This document shows positions 26,609 through 40,117 of a stretch of DNA of 64,000 bases, in pieces (position 1 is the first letter of the stretch; each line of letters starts with the position of its first letter). The notes below the pieces were generated by a model. It worked only from the letters and a program-made list of their open reading frames with translations. It was not told the origin of the DNA and made no database searches. A program made the translations under genes and the position numbers. This DNA comes from Novakomyces olei (lineage: Eukaryota): positions 496,001 through 560,000 of the forward strand of contig JADEYG010000015.1 of assembly GCA_016906335.1 (NCBI GenBank). Direction: 5' to 3'.

Positions 26609-28176
26609 CTACAAATCAAGAGCCTTTTTTGCAAGTTCTTCTACCGCAGCTTTTGTCTCTGCACCGCCAATGAATCCAGAAGCATGAATGAAAATACAAC
26701 CTGGAACACCGGCAGCTTCGCTCAATTCTGTGTCGCGAAGTCCACGCCAATTCTCGGGCAATGCTGTATGTGCGTCAATATAATGGTAAAGACGGCAAAA
26801 ACGAATTTAAAAGAAACCAAATAAGAGAACACAAATTCTTGAGAAAGAAGCAAAGGACATGCTTTTTATCCTCAATTTGCGAGATACCTTTTCGGCTTAT
26901 GAACGATGATTCATCGCGCGGTACTGCCTGAATTCTCCATTTGTTGGACGCGTCAGGGTAAAGCACATACAGCACTTGGTTTTCGATACTTAGCTCCTTT
27001 TCTAAAGAGAAGAGATGAGCCTTCCAAGGCGCAAACTGGTCGAAGCAAAGCACTTGGCCCTTGGGATCATGCTTTAACATTGAATTTACTGCATTTTTCA
27101 CAATATCTCGGGCTGGTAGCCATGATCTTCCATAGTACTGGATTTTATCCAACAGAGCATCCCCGATCAAAGTACTGCCTCTTATAAAACCAGCCATCTC
27201 TTTCTCTGGTGTAACTGTCTCATTCCACCAACTGGAAATAATGTTAGCTTAATTTTCGAATAAGTTTTGATTTGTTACGGATTATATCCCGAGACCAGTG
27301 AGAACACGGAGATAGTTTCTTTGAATTTTGGTTTTATATCGTCCGGGTACGCGCTGATGCCATTGTCATTGGCATCGACGGGTTCGATAAATTCCTATAC
27401 TTTAGTATATAAGGAGCATATTTTTAAGGTTTATTCGTATATTCATATTTGTGCGCATGCTTTGTTGTTCATATTTTGCAATTCTTATTCAAAATTGTTT
27501 GTAAAAATTGAATAATGAGCTTTCACGAATGGGTATTACATCGTATATCTTTTGATATAGCATATCAATATCCTCTGATTTCGCGGACGTGTCTGCTAAA
27601 ACAGCCTGCAAAAGTTCCTTTCCAAAATGTCTAATACATTAGAATAAATATCAAAAAAAAATAAAATAAAAAAATAAATAAAAAATAAAAAATAAAAAAA
27701 AATTTAAAAATAAAAAGAAATAAAAAAGAACTAAATGCATAATTCAAAACCAAATTCAAGGCTTCGTACTTGTACACAAGGCCGGCGCTGCTTAGGCGAG
27801 TACCATGTTCCGGAGAAAACGTGTCTCCAAACTCGCGCTGGTGATGATCAAAGTATTTGATGCCGTCGTACTTTCCGGTGACGTCTACTATAATATCACA
27901 TTCGTCCAAGACGTTATTATCGCGGGAACGGATAACCTCTAAACCGAATAAGCTTTCTTTATCTGACCGCTATATACTCACCTGCGTTTTCAAACTTTGG
28001 TAATTTGCGCAGCATATAGACGGCTGACAATGCATTAGTACATACACGGACGCCGAGCTGAGTCAAAGAGAACGGTGCAATTAATTACCCAAAGCTTTTC
28101 AAGTTAGTCCTATTTCATCAATACTTTTCTAACCTTCGTCTGAGTGAAAGGTTCCATTGTGTGTGCCGATCTTCAT
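26609..28176 (-). CDS. MYG1: MYG1/UPF0160 DHH-like exonuclease, multi-exon; may start upstream at a non-AUG codon
   Basis: IGTHNGTFHSDEALA, FDHHQR, LSSAGLVY, WRIQAVP, FIHASGFIGG. Confidence 0.93.
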
Positions 28177-28746
28177 GGCGGAAACCTTTAGCCGTTTGGC
28201 GATTTGAGCCAGTTTGTAAAGTGTAGCTCGAACAATTGTTTTGATTATTTATTGATGCTACTTTACAAACACTGCCGCACCTCTGCTTATTGCCGTCTCT
28301 AAACAAATTTAGGCACTGCGCTTTCAAGCTCTTTTTCCCTGTAATTATTCGTTTTAATTTATATGAGTCTAGTATTGTAAATAAAATAAATAATGCACTG
28401 CTGATATATGAGTACGATAATAATTCTAACTTTAAACAGTTTGCTCTTATTGGCCGATAAAGTATTGGCCGATAAAGACACTTATCGCTGCGACGCGGGA
28501 AATTCTTTTAATCAAATTTGCAGGCAAACCGAACGCGTTGCTACAAGCGTTGCTACAAGACGAAATTATTGAAAATAAAGTAAGAATAAACTATTCTGTA
28601 GCAGCTAAAGATATAAAAATGTGTAATAAATTCAAACTAACTTTGAACTAATTCAAATGTTACACTTTGGCTCTACAGAGTAATACTATGACAATACTAT
28701 GATTGTATCCAGCGCTTTAGATGATCCGATGACCGTTTGAGCCAGC

Positions 28747-30928
28747 ATGCTTGGCCTTTCAAGGCGCGGCGCACAAACCTTGGAGTGCTTTTATTGTGGG
28801 TGCAACTGCACATTGAACCGTACTTCGCGACTACGCAGCTGGCGCTGCCCTACATGCGAGGCTACTAACCATCTTGACGAGGTAGGCAGATTGTCTCGTG
28901 TCTAATTCTACGCTTTTGCTTCTCTGCACTTGCCGTGCAATGCCATTATTATTGAGCGCTAAATGCCCATCTGGTGCCATCTTTTGATTTTATTTTTGTC
29001 TATTCTAGACGGATTATATTTTGTAGCCATCTTCTAACGTTGCAGGACGGTAACATTTCCGACTTTGTAGCGCCTCCATCGCCAAGTCAGCAGTTTGCTC
29101 AAATAGGGCACTGGAACGGACCGCGTGTTCCCTTTTGCGATGTCTGTATTCGCAATCATACAATAGTGCATAATGCTCTGGCTGCATTTCTCCCCGTAGA
29201 CGAGTCTGATCCAGACTACGCAGTCTTTGAGCAAGCACTTCCGGCCTACGAAAAGTCTTTGCAGGACAGGTACCCGCTAGTCTGCAATGACTGTGCTGCG
29301 GCGGTCAAAGAAGTCATGGATCGTAATAATTACGTGGCCAAGTCTTTTACACTGGGTAAATGGCTTACAAAAAGCCGCGAGCTGCTGCCACAGTCTACAA
29401 GGTGGAATAAAGTACTTGCTGGTATATGGACAGCTCGTGGATGTCTTCATATTGCCTCTATTGCCCTCTCTTCGCTTTGGTGTTTACTCGGTATGTGGAT
29501 TTAAGTATATATTGCTATTTGTTAATATTTGTTAATAATTATTAATATATATATCGATCTCCCCACTGACCACCAGGTTCTGTGTTTGCATCACAATTAA
29601 CGCTAAATGACACGTCCTCCACTTGGATAGTATCATTAAATACGGCTTATTATGACAGCACAGTCAGGGTCAACTCGGCCACGGTTCGTAGAGTTTATAA
29701 CTTTGCTCGCAAGACGACTCTGCCCTCTGCTGCTTTTATGCTTTGGGATCCCGAAAGTATAACCGCGCTGCTTCAACGTCCTAGCTCGCAGATTCACGGC
29801 AAAACAAGGCAGAAAGGTCTGCAAGTAGCAGTGTTTGCGGTCAGAGTATTGCAGTTATATTGCCTGCCTTTTGCTGATGCAAACTTTTATAGCAAAGTGT
29901 CTTTGCTTTCCTTATTGCTCATTTCGTTTCTATCTGCTATGGCCTTGCGAGCGACAAAAACGAGTGAGCGAAAAGCCCCTCTTTTCCAGCAGCAGCAGGA
30001 CAATGAATTTGATAGTCTTGTCACTGATTCGAGTCATGCAGCCTCGGCCAGTTCCAATCGCAGCAAAATTAATAGTAATGAGGAGGCAATTAGACGGAAT
30101 ATGGAGAGTCTGGAGCTGAATTTTGACTGTGAAAACGATCCACAAAAGATTAAATCGCGACTCGAGCACATGGCGCGTCTAAGAAGTATTAAAATCAGCA
30201 ATGAAAAGGAAACAAATGTGGATCAGGATGCGATGGCAGTGGATGAAGAAGAGCCTTTTAATCAGCAACAGCAAAGCACTTATTCACGAGCAAAAGAATC
30301 GGCTTTTTTGGCTCCACAACGATTTTTCCCTCCACAAGAACCAACGGGACTAGAATCCCTGTTCAATGCGTCATTGGGTCTGCAAGATGAACCGATTGTG
30401 GCCTCGATTAAGAGTACACGGATACAAAGGAAAAATGGACGTCTGACTGCGTTTTTAATTTTACGTCTTGCTTCGCTTACTGCGCTCTTTATTATACCCA
30501 TACTTTATTGCTTCAATGGGCTTCAGTATTTAGATATATTTAATCGTCACATTTTTGTTGCCGTTTCCTATCTTTTACCCATCACCGCTTCGCTGGTTTG
30601 CGATGCGCTTACGGAGCAAAGTGCAATCAGTATCGCATTACAATCTGCAATTTCCACGTTGCTCGCGATTCCGATTGGTGTTATTTTCAAGATTAATTTT
30701 GCAAATAATCATGCAGCAATTAGTGCTGGAGTTGTGACCTTTTCTCTTGGCTGCTGGTGGTTTTCATTGCAAAATGCTGAAAGGTCGGACGACGGCAAAG
30801 CTCAAAGTGAAGAAGCAGAATGCAACAGTCATGTAAATACGGGAAATCCTCATTCACAAACTGCATCTAAGCCTGGACCGACTAGGGGAAAGCGTCACGG
30901 CAAATATAGTCATATGAAATTCAAATAG
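28747..30928 (+). CDS. IMA1: Inner nuclear membrane protein Ima1 (Samp1/NET5 family)
   Basis: CFYCG, CPTCEATN, FCDVC..NH, YPLVCNDC zinc-finger pairs; TM segments; LAPQRFFP..EPTGLE. Confidence 0.9.
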
Positions 30929-31182
30929 ATCGCCAATCGGATGAAGGAAATGTTAGACAGAAAACGGCCTTACTTTATTTTTGTAATAATAATAATAATA
31001 ATAATAAAATAATAATAATAAAATAATAATAATAATAATAAAATAGTAATAATATGATATTATTGTAACATAAGAATGGCCCATGACCATCAAGCATAAG
31101 AATTAATTAGTATTTATTATGTGATACACAATTTTGCTAAACCTGGCCGGGGAACTTGCCCTAATCAAATGTACATTTGCCA

Positions 31183-34100
31183 CTAGCCAAACTTTATCTG
31201 ATGCTTTGTCTCATCAAAAACACCAGGAGTTCGTGCCCTAAACTGAGGCTTTGACGGTGACTTTGTGGTATCATTAGCTGCTGTTTCTATTGTAGTATGA
31301 GTCGAGCTTTGAGGGGTCTGTTGCTGTGTTTCCTGTTGCCTTTGAGCAGCTTGACAAGACTGTGTATGAGCTGATATTGAACGAGCAAATTTACTGTAAA
31401 ACTCTTGACCTTCTTTCAAGTTATCAGATAGCTCTTGAAATTTCCGAGACGCTTCTTCCAGCCGCGCCAGCGTCTCCATACTCTTGTCGCCTTGTCCTTG
31501 AACTTCCTTGAGATCCAACGATTTTCGGCAAAGATCCCGCAAATTGGAAGATAGATTCTGTGCACGTTCTTTAAATTCGTCAAATTTCCTTAGTCTTTGT
31601 TGAATCAGATCCTCAAACTGTGCCGTCTCTACCTTTGAGCCTGGCGTTAGAATTTGAAGAAGCTGGTACGCCTTTTCGGCAAACAGACGCTCTTTTCGTG
31701 TTAGCAAAACATCGATATGAATTGATAACGTTGAGTGGATATGTGCTATAGAGAACAGAACTAAAAAATAAAAAAGTAAATAAATAGAACTACAAACGGG
31801 GTCAATAAAATAAGTCAATAAAATAAAAATCAACTAAACCCCAAGTTCGATCCATTTACATTCAGCAAATAATTGGCTGAAGCATAAATTTATACGGTAA
31901 AGTCCAGACTAAACAACATGAATTGAAATAAAAACTTACGCGGTCTATCGTGCTGAATGCTGTCTTCAAAAACGATAACAAGTCGGTCTGCTTCATCAAT
32001 TTGTCTCTGCAAATCATCAATTAGAACAGTAAAGTCTCTACTCGCAGACTGCGTTGCTGAGGATGGTAAAGTCCTTGCCAACTCATCCTGGAAGAGTTAG
32101 CTGGCCCAATCAAAAAGAAAACGAACATTAAAATAAATAATTAATAATGAATTAACGACGATAAAAAATGAGACTTAAACCTATAAAGAGAAAATGAAAG
32201 TGTGTAGCACATACGTCGGGCAGACACATCTGTGAAATAATCGAAGACCATTCAGAAAGCTTTGACGAGACAATGGCGTCGCTTTCGGTAGCTTGTTGCA
32301 ATATCTGCCGGTACTGGTTGTTTACGGAAACTAATTTATCGTATTCCTCAGTGCCTGAATCTATAGTATTGAGTGCACCTGTTGCCTATGCGTTTAATTA
32401 GATAAAACCTCATAAATCAGACAAATTAGTCGTACCATTTTCAAAGACTGACCGCACTGCTCTCGCATACTCGAGACATTTTGTATTGACCGTGTGAGGG
32501 TCTGTAAGCCCCCGACCGACTTTACTTTCGATGATTCTTCGTAGACTTTGTGCAGTGCCTTATTAAAAAGATCAGGGCTTGAGGCACAGGCTGAAAGCTT
32601 GGTCTTCATACTGACAGCTCTGTCCGCAGAGGATTTCAGCTCGGCCAGAGTTGTGCTGCTCATATGATCTCGCCTTGAAATGTACAGCTCTACAGCCAAA
32701 TGCACAGTGTAAGGTAAAAGCTCTTGCAGAGGTGGAGTCGCGGTGAGATTTTTCAAAAAGTCTGATGGTCTGCTCATATCTGGCGAGGGTAAAATTTGTA
32801 CCGCTGCCAGCCCTTGCACCATATTAATCTCGGAGGTGTTTGGTAACGGTCCTGGTTGGCTTAGAAGAGCCGATAAATCAATCAATATAAAATTTAATAC
32901 GTATTGAAACGAAAATGCATAAATGGTAATTGATCAATACGGAATTGGATAAATTTTAATGAAAGCAAACAAGACTTGTATAGTCGATCATTGAACATAC
33001 GTAAATAAATCATGTCATTATCCCGTTCAGCACGTTTTAAATTGTTGGCTATAATCTGTGAGAGCGCCTCCAAGTCTCTTGCAACGGGGCCGCCAAGGCT
33101 TCTAGCGCTTTTCAGGCCAACAGCAACTGCTTCGCTGCCTTTTCTTAAATAAGCAATCTCACGCCCATAATCGGCAGCCTGCATGGCATCAACAGAGCAA
33201 CGGTACCAAGTCGCCCCTGCAAAATGGTTTTTCTTGGTAAGAATATAATGAATCCAGGCCTGTACATTAGGAATGGTTTCGTTCAAATAAATCAAATCAA
33301 ATCAAATCAAGTTAAACCGAATTAAGCATTGATATTATTATGAAAAAAAATATGTAAAAAGCAGAATTTTGTTAGAGGCTCAAAAGACTAAAAGACAAGT
33401 TTGAGAATCACAAAATAAAGACTAGTGTGCAAGCTATCATGAGCAGATCATACATTTGGAATATCAGGACTCGATTTCAAGCAACTTTCAGCCGAGGCAT
33501 ACAATTGTGAAACCATTGCCGCTAATTTTGCGACCAAAATGTCTCGACTGGCATCTAAATGTTTAGTATAAAAAATGTTGATTCGCTTACTTTTTACGGC
33601 CTTTTGCCAAAAACACTCTTGAGCTTGCGCCAGTAAAGTCAGCTCAAGACCTTCAATGAAAGCCGGCTCTAAATCCGCAGGCACATCAAACCGCGCAATG
33701 GCAATGAACTGCTGCCGTAGCATTGATAAAAGTGACGCAGCATACTGAAACTGGATGCAAGCCTGCTTGATCCCGTCTTCCGAAGTTCGATCGCTAGCAA
33801 GCCCGATATTGCTGGCGATAGCGGCAATATTGTAGAGTAAATTGGCCTGTTCAAAGACAATGTTACTGTTCTTCTCAGCATAATCCGAGGCAAACCTTGT
33901 CCACGAAAACTGGACATCGAGCTATTGTCTATTAGCACTAGACCGGTGTCAAATTCGGGAGAGTACATCGATTGGCAGCTTTGGCGCGACTAGGGTCAAC
34001 GAGCAATAATAGCTGAATTTAGTTTGAACTTTGATTGATTCCAATACCGTTTGTATTCAGTTAAATCATGGGCAGAAATGCTGCTATTTCGTACACGTTC

Positions 34101-34250
34101 ACGCGCCTGATCTAACTGTGCAATTTCACCGTCAAACTGTTTCGGGTGCTGGTAAAAATTATTCGTAACAATCAAGTGGATTGCTGCCGCCAAATCAACA
34201 CGAGCCGTAGTTTTTAGTGGCAGCGCGATCATATTTGAACGCGAATCCAT
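31183..34250 (-). CDS. RIM20: pH-response regulator PalA/Rim20 (BRO1 domain plus V domain), many exons
   Basis: LPLKTT, LLAQAQECFWQKAV, YGREIAYL, AERDNDMIY, NLKEGQEFY, C-terminal PGVFD...IKFG. Confidence 0.88.
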
Positions 34251-34459
34251 AGTTGCCGTGCCGATTCATGTACACAGGCGTCAGTGGTCAATAAAATGTG
34301 CATACTAAAGATGGCGAGTACATGTAGTAACGTTTGGTGCAAGATCATAACAGCAAATACTTTGCTATCTAAATACTTCTGCTATCTAGGATGTTTGTAT
34401 ATAATCCAGGTACAATAAAGAAAGGGTTTGTAAAGTAAAAGTTTGCCATGTTTTGTTAT

Positions 34460-34564
34460 AGTCTTGTTAAAGTTAGTCTTGTTAAAGTTAGTCTTGTTAA
34501 AGTTAGTCTTGTTAAAGTTAGTCTCGTTAAAGTTAGTCTCGTTAAAATTAGTCTCGTTAAAGTT
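34460..34564. repeat. 15-bp tandem repeat (AGTCTYGTTAAARTT) x7
   Basis: Directly visible in the RIM20/ANP1 divergent intergenic region. Confidence 0.95.
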
Positions 34565-34688
34565 TGTTTATAGTCTTGCTATAGTAGACTTCTGTATTAT
34601 GCAGCAGCGTGTATGAGAGTGCGAAGATTAGTCGATACTCGAAAACTTACAGTACAAACAGCCCACAGATCTGCATGAGTACGCAGCT

Positions 34689-36232
34689 ATGAGGACGAGG
34701 CTGATTACTGTGGCCGGCGTGATCTTTTTGATCTATCTTGTATTCAATACTCTTCGTGGAACTCTGTCAAAGAAAGCGCGATCGCCGTTTTCAATCTCGG
34801 TAGACGAAGAAGGCAGTTTGCGGGGGCGCTCGACACCAGTCATTTTCAATTCGCACAAGCCCATCACTGTTGATAGCCAGATAGTAGAAAACATTGATTT
34901 AAATGGCCTCACAGCTTCAGCTTTAGGACGGCAGCAAAATGAGCGGGTGCTTTTACTCACTCCGCTGCGCAATGCCGCTCCCTATTTACCGAAATACTTT
35001 GAGATTTTATCAGAACTCAGCTATCCGCACCATTTGATTGACCTTGGATTCCTTGTTTCTGATACAGACGATGACACGCTGGCCGTGGCCGCCAGCCAAA
35101 TTGAACGGATCCAAACGTCATCCGTGCCTGGATTGCCGTTTCGCAAAGTTATGATTGTGCAAAAGGATTTTGGGGCCTCTACCTCTCAGGACGTAGAGGA
35201 CCGTCACGCGTTTGAGTACCAAGCGGTAAGACGGAAGCTTATGGGCCGTGCCCGTAATTATTTACTCTCTGCTACCCTGTCAAACGATCATTCCTGGGTC
35301 ATGTGGCGGGACTCTGATATTGTGGAAAGTCCTCCTACTGTCATTGAAGATTTCCAGAAACATGACGTTGACATTATCGTGCCGAGTAAGTACACCGGCT
35401 TGGCTGTTCTACTGACAAACAGATATTTGGTTCCACCGTCTCGACAAAGATGGGAACGACATTGAAGGCCGGTGTAAGTTTATATATTCTAATAGTGTAT
35501 TCGCTTCTAACATTACAGTTGACGTATGAACGAGTTTTTGAACATTACTAAGACGCAGTATAATTCGTGGATTGAGTCATCCGAAGGGCTCAAGCTGGCC
35601 GATTCGCTGAGCAAAGACGTTGTTCTCGCTGAAGGTACTATTATCAGAAATGATACTTCAAACAAAATTAAATAATATAATATGACATGATGCAAGGGAT
35701 AGAATATAAAGATTTGAAAAGAGATTGAAGGAATTGGAAACTTGACTGTATAGAGACTGACATCAACAGGCTACCCACAATATAAAACGAATCGCGAGTA
35801 TATGGCCAGAATGGGAGATCGTCACGATAACCCACACAAAGAAATAGACTTGGACGGAATTGGAGGGGTCACAATCCTAGTCAAGGCCGATGTTCATCGG
35901 TCCGGTAAGATAATGTTGAGCTCTTTGTTCTTTTTCTTACCTTTATTAGGAATAAATTTCCCCTCATACGCTTTTGAAAATCAGGCGGAAACTGAAGGGT
36001 TCGCCAAAATGGCGAAACGTGCTGGATATCGTGTAGTAGGACTACCAAACTACGTATGAAACAAGGATTTTCGATGGGTTGCTAACGTTTATAGGTTGTC
36101 TGGCATATTGACACGGAGGAGTAGGATCTCATTTCTCTTTATCTTCAAATGAAAACTTTAATTTTTAATTTTATTTTCAGTTCTTATTTTTATTTCACTG
36201 ACTAACATTCACTCAGAAAACCGCGGAGTTAG
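34689..36232 (+). CDS. Golgi mannan polymerase subunit, Anp1/Van1/Mnn9 family (GT62)
   Basis: Type II TM; VLLLTPLR, RARNYLL, WRDSD, IEGRFDYNSW (via microexon), LDGIGG, ETEGFAKMAKR, WHIDTEEK. Confidence 0.92.
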
Positions 36233-36424
36233 TGGCATGTGAATAGAATTTGAAATGATCGTCCAATACTCACCTTATGAGCGAAATCACGTTGTATTAG
36301 ATCAAAACATCAAAATATCAAAATTGACTATAAATAAGACTTACAGTTCATAATACATGTATATGGAGTTTAAGGGGAAACCAATCATCATTATAAACCA
36401 GCCATTATTCGCTATTACATATAC

Positions 36425-37432
36425 CTATATTGCAATCACCAGCACCAGTATTAAAATTAACACAAAGATAATTGTAAGATTCCAGTTTTCCTTTGCCTTT
36501 CTGGCAAACCGATTTAGTCGTAAACTCGCTCTTTGTAAGCGTGTCATTGCAGAATCCGTAAGTCCTTTCACGGTGGTTATTAAATTTGGATTTTTTAAAT
36601 GGCTTTATCTCTTACCTGATAAATCGTCCAAATACTCGTTATGGTTTTCAATCTCTGTTCCAATTTCGATAGACAGTTCGCGTTGCCGTCTAACGGAGAG
36701 CGATAAATTATCGAGATCCTCGTCTTGATCTTTACTATTAGCAAAAGTTCATTAAAGCTCTAAAATTCAAATGTCTAGCAGATTAACAATTATGCTGAAT
36801 TGTTAAAATAAAAGAAGAGTAAGAACACAAATTCGATTTAGAAAAACAATGCAAGCCTGGAATAAAGTAGTCAAAGCAGAAAGTACCATCAAGAAGACTC
36901 TGCTGCATCTGTAGCGTTGTCCCCGCCTCAAGATCAAGATCGTTATCATCACGAAAACGGACAGACTTTTTTGGCCGAGGTGCAATAGTGTTATCGTCTT
37001 TGTACGGAGGAAACCCATCAATTTTCGGTTTTGTGCGATCAGTCAACGAAACGTTTAAGCGAGCACGGTGCTTTGATTCGATCTCTGCCAATGTCTTTTG
37101 TAGATTTATCAGCACGTCTTCCCGCTCTTTTAAAGCATTTGTAGCCCTAAACTTTTAGCAAAAATCCAGCAAATCGATCTATTAACTTACAGTGCACGAC
37201 CTTCTAATTCCCGTTGCTCCGTTTCTAATTCATCAATTCCACGAGACAGCGTTTGAATACTCTGTTCCGTTTCCTCATTTACAAGAGCCTCAGAATCGCC
37301 GTTAATGCGACTTAACCTGTCTTGTTCTGCTAGTAAGAACTAAAGGCGAAAAAGTCTTTCAGTACCATCTAAAGCGTCTTTGACCTGTTCTGCCAGTAAC
37401 AGCAGTCGGCCCGCCAGCCGGCTTGGCGCCAT
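36425..37432 (-). CDS. Qc-SNARE, syntaxin-8/Syn8-like
   Basis: KSVRFRD, SNARE heptads DQDEDLDNLSLSVRRQRELSIEIGTEI, C-terminal TM anchor. Confidence 0.8.
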
Positions 37433-37820
37433 TGTGGGGTCTTTAGCTCTCACAAACTTTGTACCGCTCGAGCTTTAAAACGCTAAAAACCGGGAGCAAA
37501 ATCTGAATTGATCGACTTAAAGATCACAGATTCTTGTTACAAATATTCGGCAACTACTCAAATGCTTTGCCGAGCATTTACAAACGCCGTCCGAGTGTGC
37601 GACACGAGTCCTTAAGCAACTTTGGTGTTTATACATAGATGGCAAGTCTTCCCTATAAATGTATCTATCCTACTATTTTATAAAATTACGCAAAATATAA
37701 GCCGGCTCGTACATGAATGCAGTATTATAATTGTGGATTATAATTGTGGTGGACAAAACCATAAATTAATAATAATTTTAAATTTATATTTAAAGTAAAA
37801 AAAATTGAATGTAAAAAAAT

Positions 37821-37903
37821 CGTCGGCGACGAGATTCGAACTCGCGTGGGAAAACCCATACACTTAGCAAGCATACGCAATAACCGGACTATGCGACGCC
37901 GAC
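37821..37903 (-). tRNA. tRNA-Ser(GCT), intronless
   Basis: Acceptor stem GTCGGCG/CGCCGAC, anticodon arm TATGC-TTGCTAA-GTGTA, long variable arm, TTCGAAT T-loop, G discriminator, downstream T-run. Confidence 0.95.
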
Positions 37904-38208
37904 TTTAAACGCACCATTGTGAGCGACGATTTATGGGATGGCAAAACTTAAATGGTATATATTTTCAAAAAGCTTTTCATGTGTGAGCACAAAAATTTGG
38001 TACCACCATTGATCAAGATCGTCTCTGATGACCGTGTTGAAGCTGAGTACGGCAGCGAATGTCACAATTTCACTTGTAAATACCAAACGACTAATATTTT
38101 GCAAAGTTTAAAATAGCATATGTGTTCTACAATGCAAAAATTGGATTGTCATAAGCAGTCTGTAATTTGGAAAGTAGGATCAAACTTGGGCAAGGACTCA
38201 CAATGTCT

Positions 38209-38760
38209 TTAAAGCGAATAGTAAAGACCGCATTTTGGTCCCACTAAACTAAGCCACATCGGTAGAATCTCGTCGGGGCCGATATGCAATTGTCTGAAAA
38301 AATCAATTGTCCTACAAGGGTGCACAAAGAAGAATGGAGTGCCAAAGTAAGGATGATCCGTTTGATCAACATCGGGATCACTAGCATCAATGTTTAGATA
38401 GCGAGCAGTCTCATTCCGTCCCAAAGGTCCAGACTGGCCGGCCACGGAAAAGTACATTACGGGAACGGCATAGACGGGCGACAAAATTATATGGTACACA
38501 ATATGGAGCAGTGGCGGCGCGATATCAACGCAATCATCTTGTTCTTCCGCAATATCGACGTGCTCTTGTGCCGTTTGTTGTTCAATGTTAATGAATCGAT
38601 CTATTTCCAAAAGACCGAAAAACATTTCCTGCTTTAGTTAATGCAAGTTGGAGCCGCACCATACTTTGCCCAGCTGCTTCCACCGCATACGGTACCCATA
38701 TGGACTAGGAACTAGCGCTAAAAGGCGGACGCATTGATGATAAAAGTATTTATCATTCAT
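38209..38760 (-). CDS. ATG10: Autophagy E2-like conjugating enzyme Atg10, 2 exons
   Basis: YHIILSPVYAVPVMYF, DHPYFGTPFFFVHPCRT (catalytic Cys), WLSLVGP. Confidence 0.88.
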
Positions 38761-39147
38761 CCAAGAATGCTAAAAGAGCATAGACGGATCCGTTGGCTTA
38801 AGCAATGTGCTCATCGCGCCGTTTGGTTATATACGCTTCCATATTGACGTCAACGCTACTGTGGTGACACGTTTGGATGGCAATTATACTAATTAACCTG
38901 TCAAATAGTCATCATTCTCTTTTATAGTTTTTTGGGATTATTACGATAATTTGAGAATTCTTACTATTGGCCACTGATAATGTTGTAGTCGGTTCTATAA
39001 ACCGCCCAGAAATGAAAATTGGGACCGATATACTAACAAAAAACTAAAATAATCATGATTAGGGTTATTCAGGGTTAAAATAAGAAAATTAAAAAAAAAA
39101 ATCGAACATTTCGTTAATAGTGCCGTAAATTGCACTTCAAAATAGTA

Positions 39148-40023
39148 ATGGCTCCTCCAAGGAAAAAGGCGCGCGCGTCTGATGTTTGGGAGAAAGATGA
39201 GCCTGAAAAAGAGTCGCCTATATCAGGTAAGAAATGCTGTTGATGTACAATTTCCTAAACTGTCCAGGCGATTCTGAAGATTCTGCACAAGATGAATCAG
39301 ATGCAGAATCTTTAGACGAAGAGTCTATTAACGACTTAGAAGAATCAGGCGAGGAAGAAGAAGACTATGATGATGGCACCGACGGCGAAGGGCAAGGGAA
39401 AGATAGTGCAGATCAGAATGACCGCGCAAAATCTATGGGAAATGCGATCGCCCAAATTCTGGGTGAGAAGGATACGAAAGACGCAGTTTTATCCGGCTCC
39501 AAACGTGTTCAGAAAGAACAGCGTAAGGAAAAAGAGAATAATCTAGAGTGGCGGGCACGTAAAGCTCTGAACGAGTCCAGGCGTCGTATAACAGAACGAT
39601 GTAGAGTGGTAGATCCGCTTTCAGAAGCCAATGGCGATATTTCTTCTGCTCTTGATACCGAGAAATCATTGCGCAAAACTGCACAAAGAGGAGGTAAGCA
39701 CTCTTTTACGAATATTCAATACTAAATAGTAGTAATTCGGTTATTCAATCATATAAAGGCCAATGAGAAATCTCAAGAATTGGAAAAGACAAGCACACAG
39801 TCGCAACCTTTAAAGCCTGCAAAGGACGAGAGTAGGTCACTACGCTTTTTATTTTATGTTCGTTTTATTGGTCACGCTTTAACGTCTATTGAACTTTTCT
39901 GCTTTCTACTTTACAAACTTGTTTCGTTACAGAAATAGGCTAGTTATAGACTTTACTGACGTACTAGAAACGGATATGTCCACAAATTTGTTTTTGGATA
40001 TGATACGCGAAGGAAATGCATAG
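39148..40023 (+). CDS. RRP15: 60S biogenesis factor Rrp15, multi-exon
   Basis: Acidic N-terminus, MGNAIAQIL, EKSLRKTAQRG|VIRLFN, C-terminal FLDMIR. Confidence 0.88.
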
Positions 40024-40117
40024 TTACTTTAATGTAGGAAATTTGATAATGATAGATAATGATAGATAATGATAGAGAAGGGTTTAATTTATATTAAAAG
40101 CACACCGTGATGATACT

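Noticed and set aside
34460..34564. CRISPR-like array
   Set aside because: Head-to-tail repeats with no spacers, eukaryotic context, no cas genes
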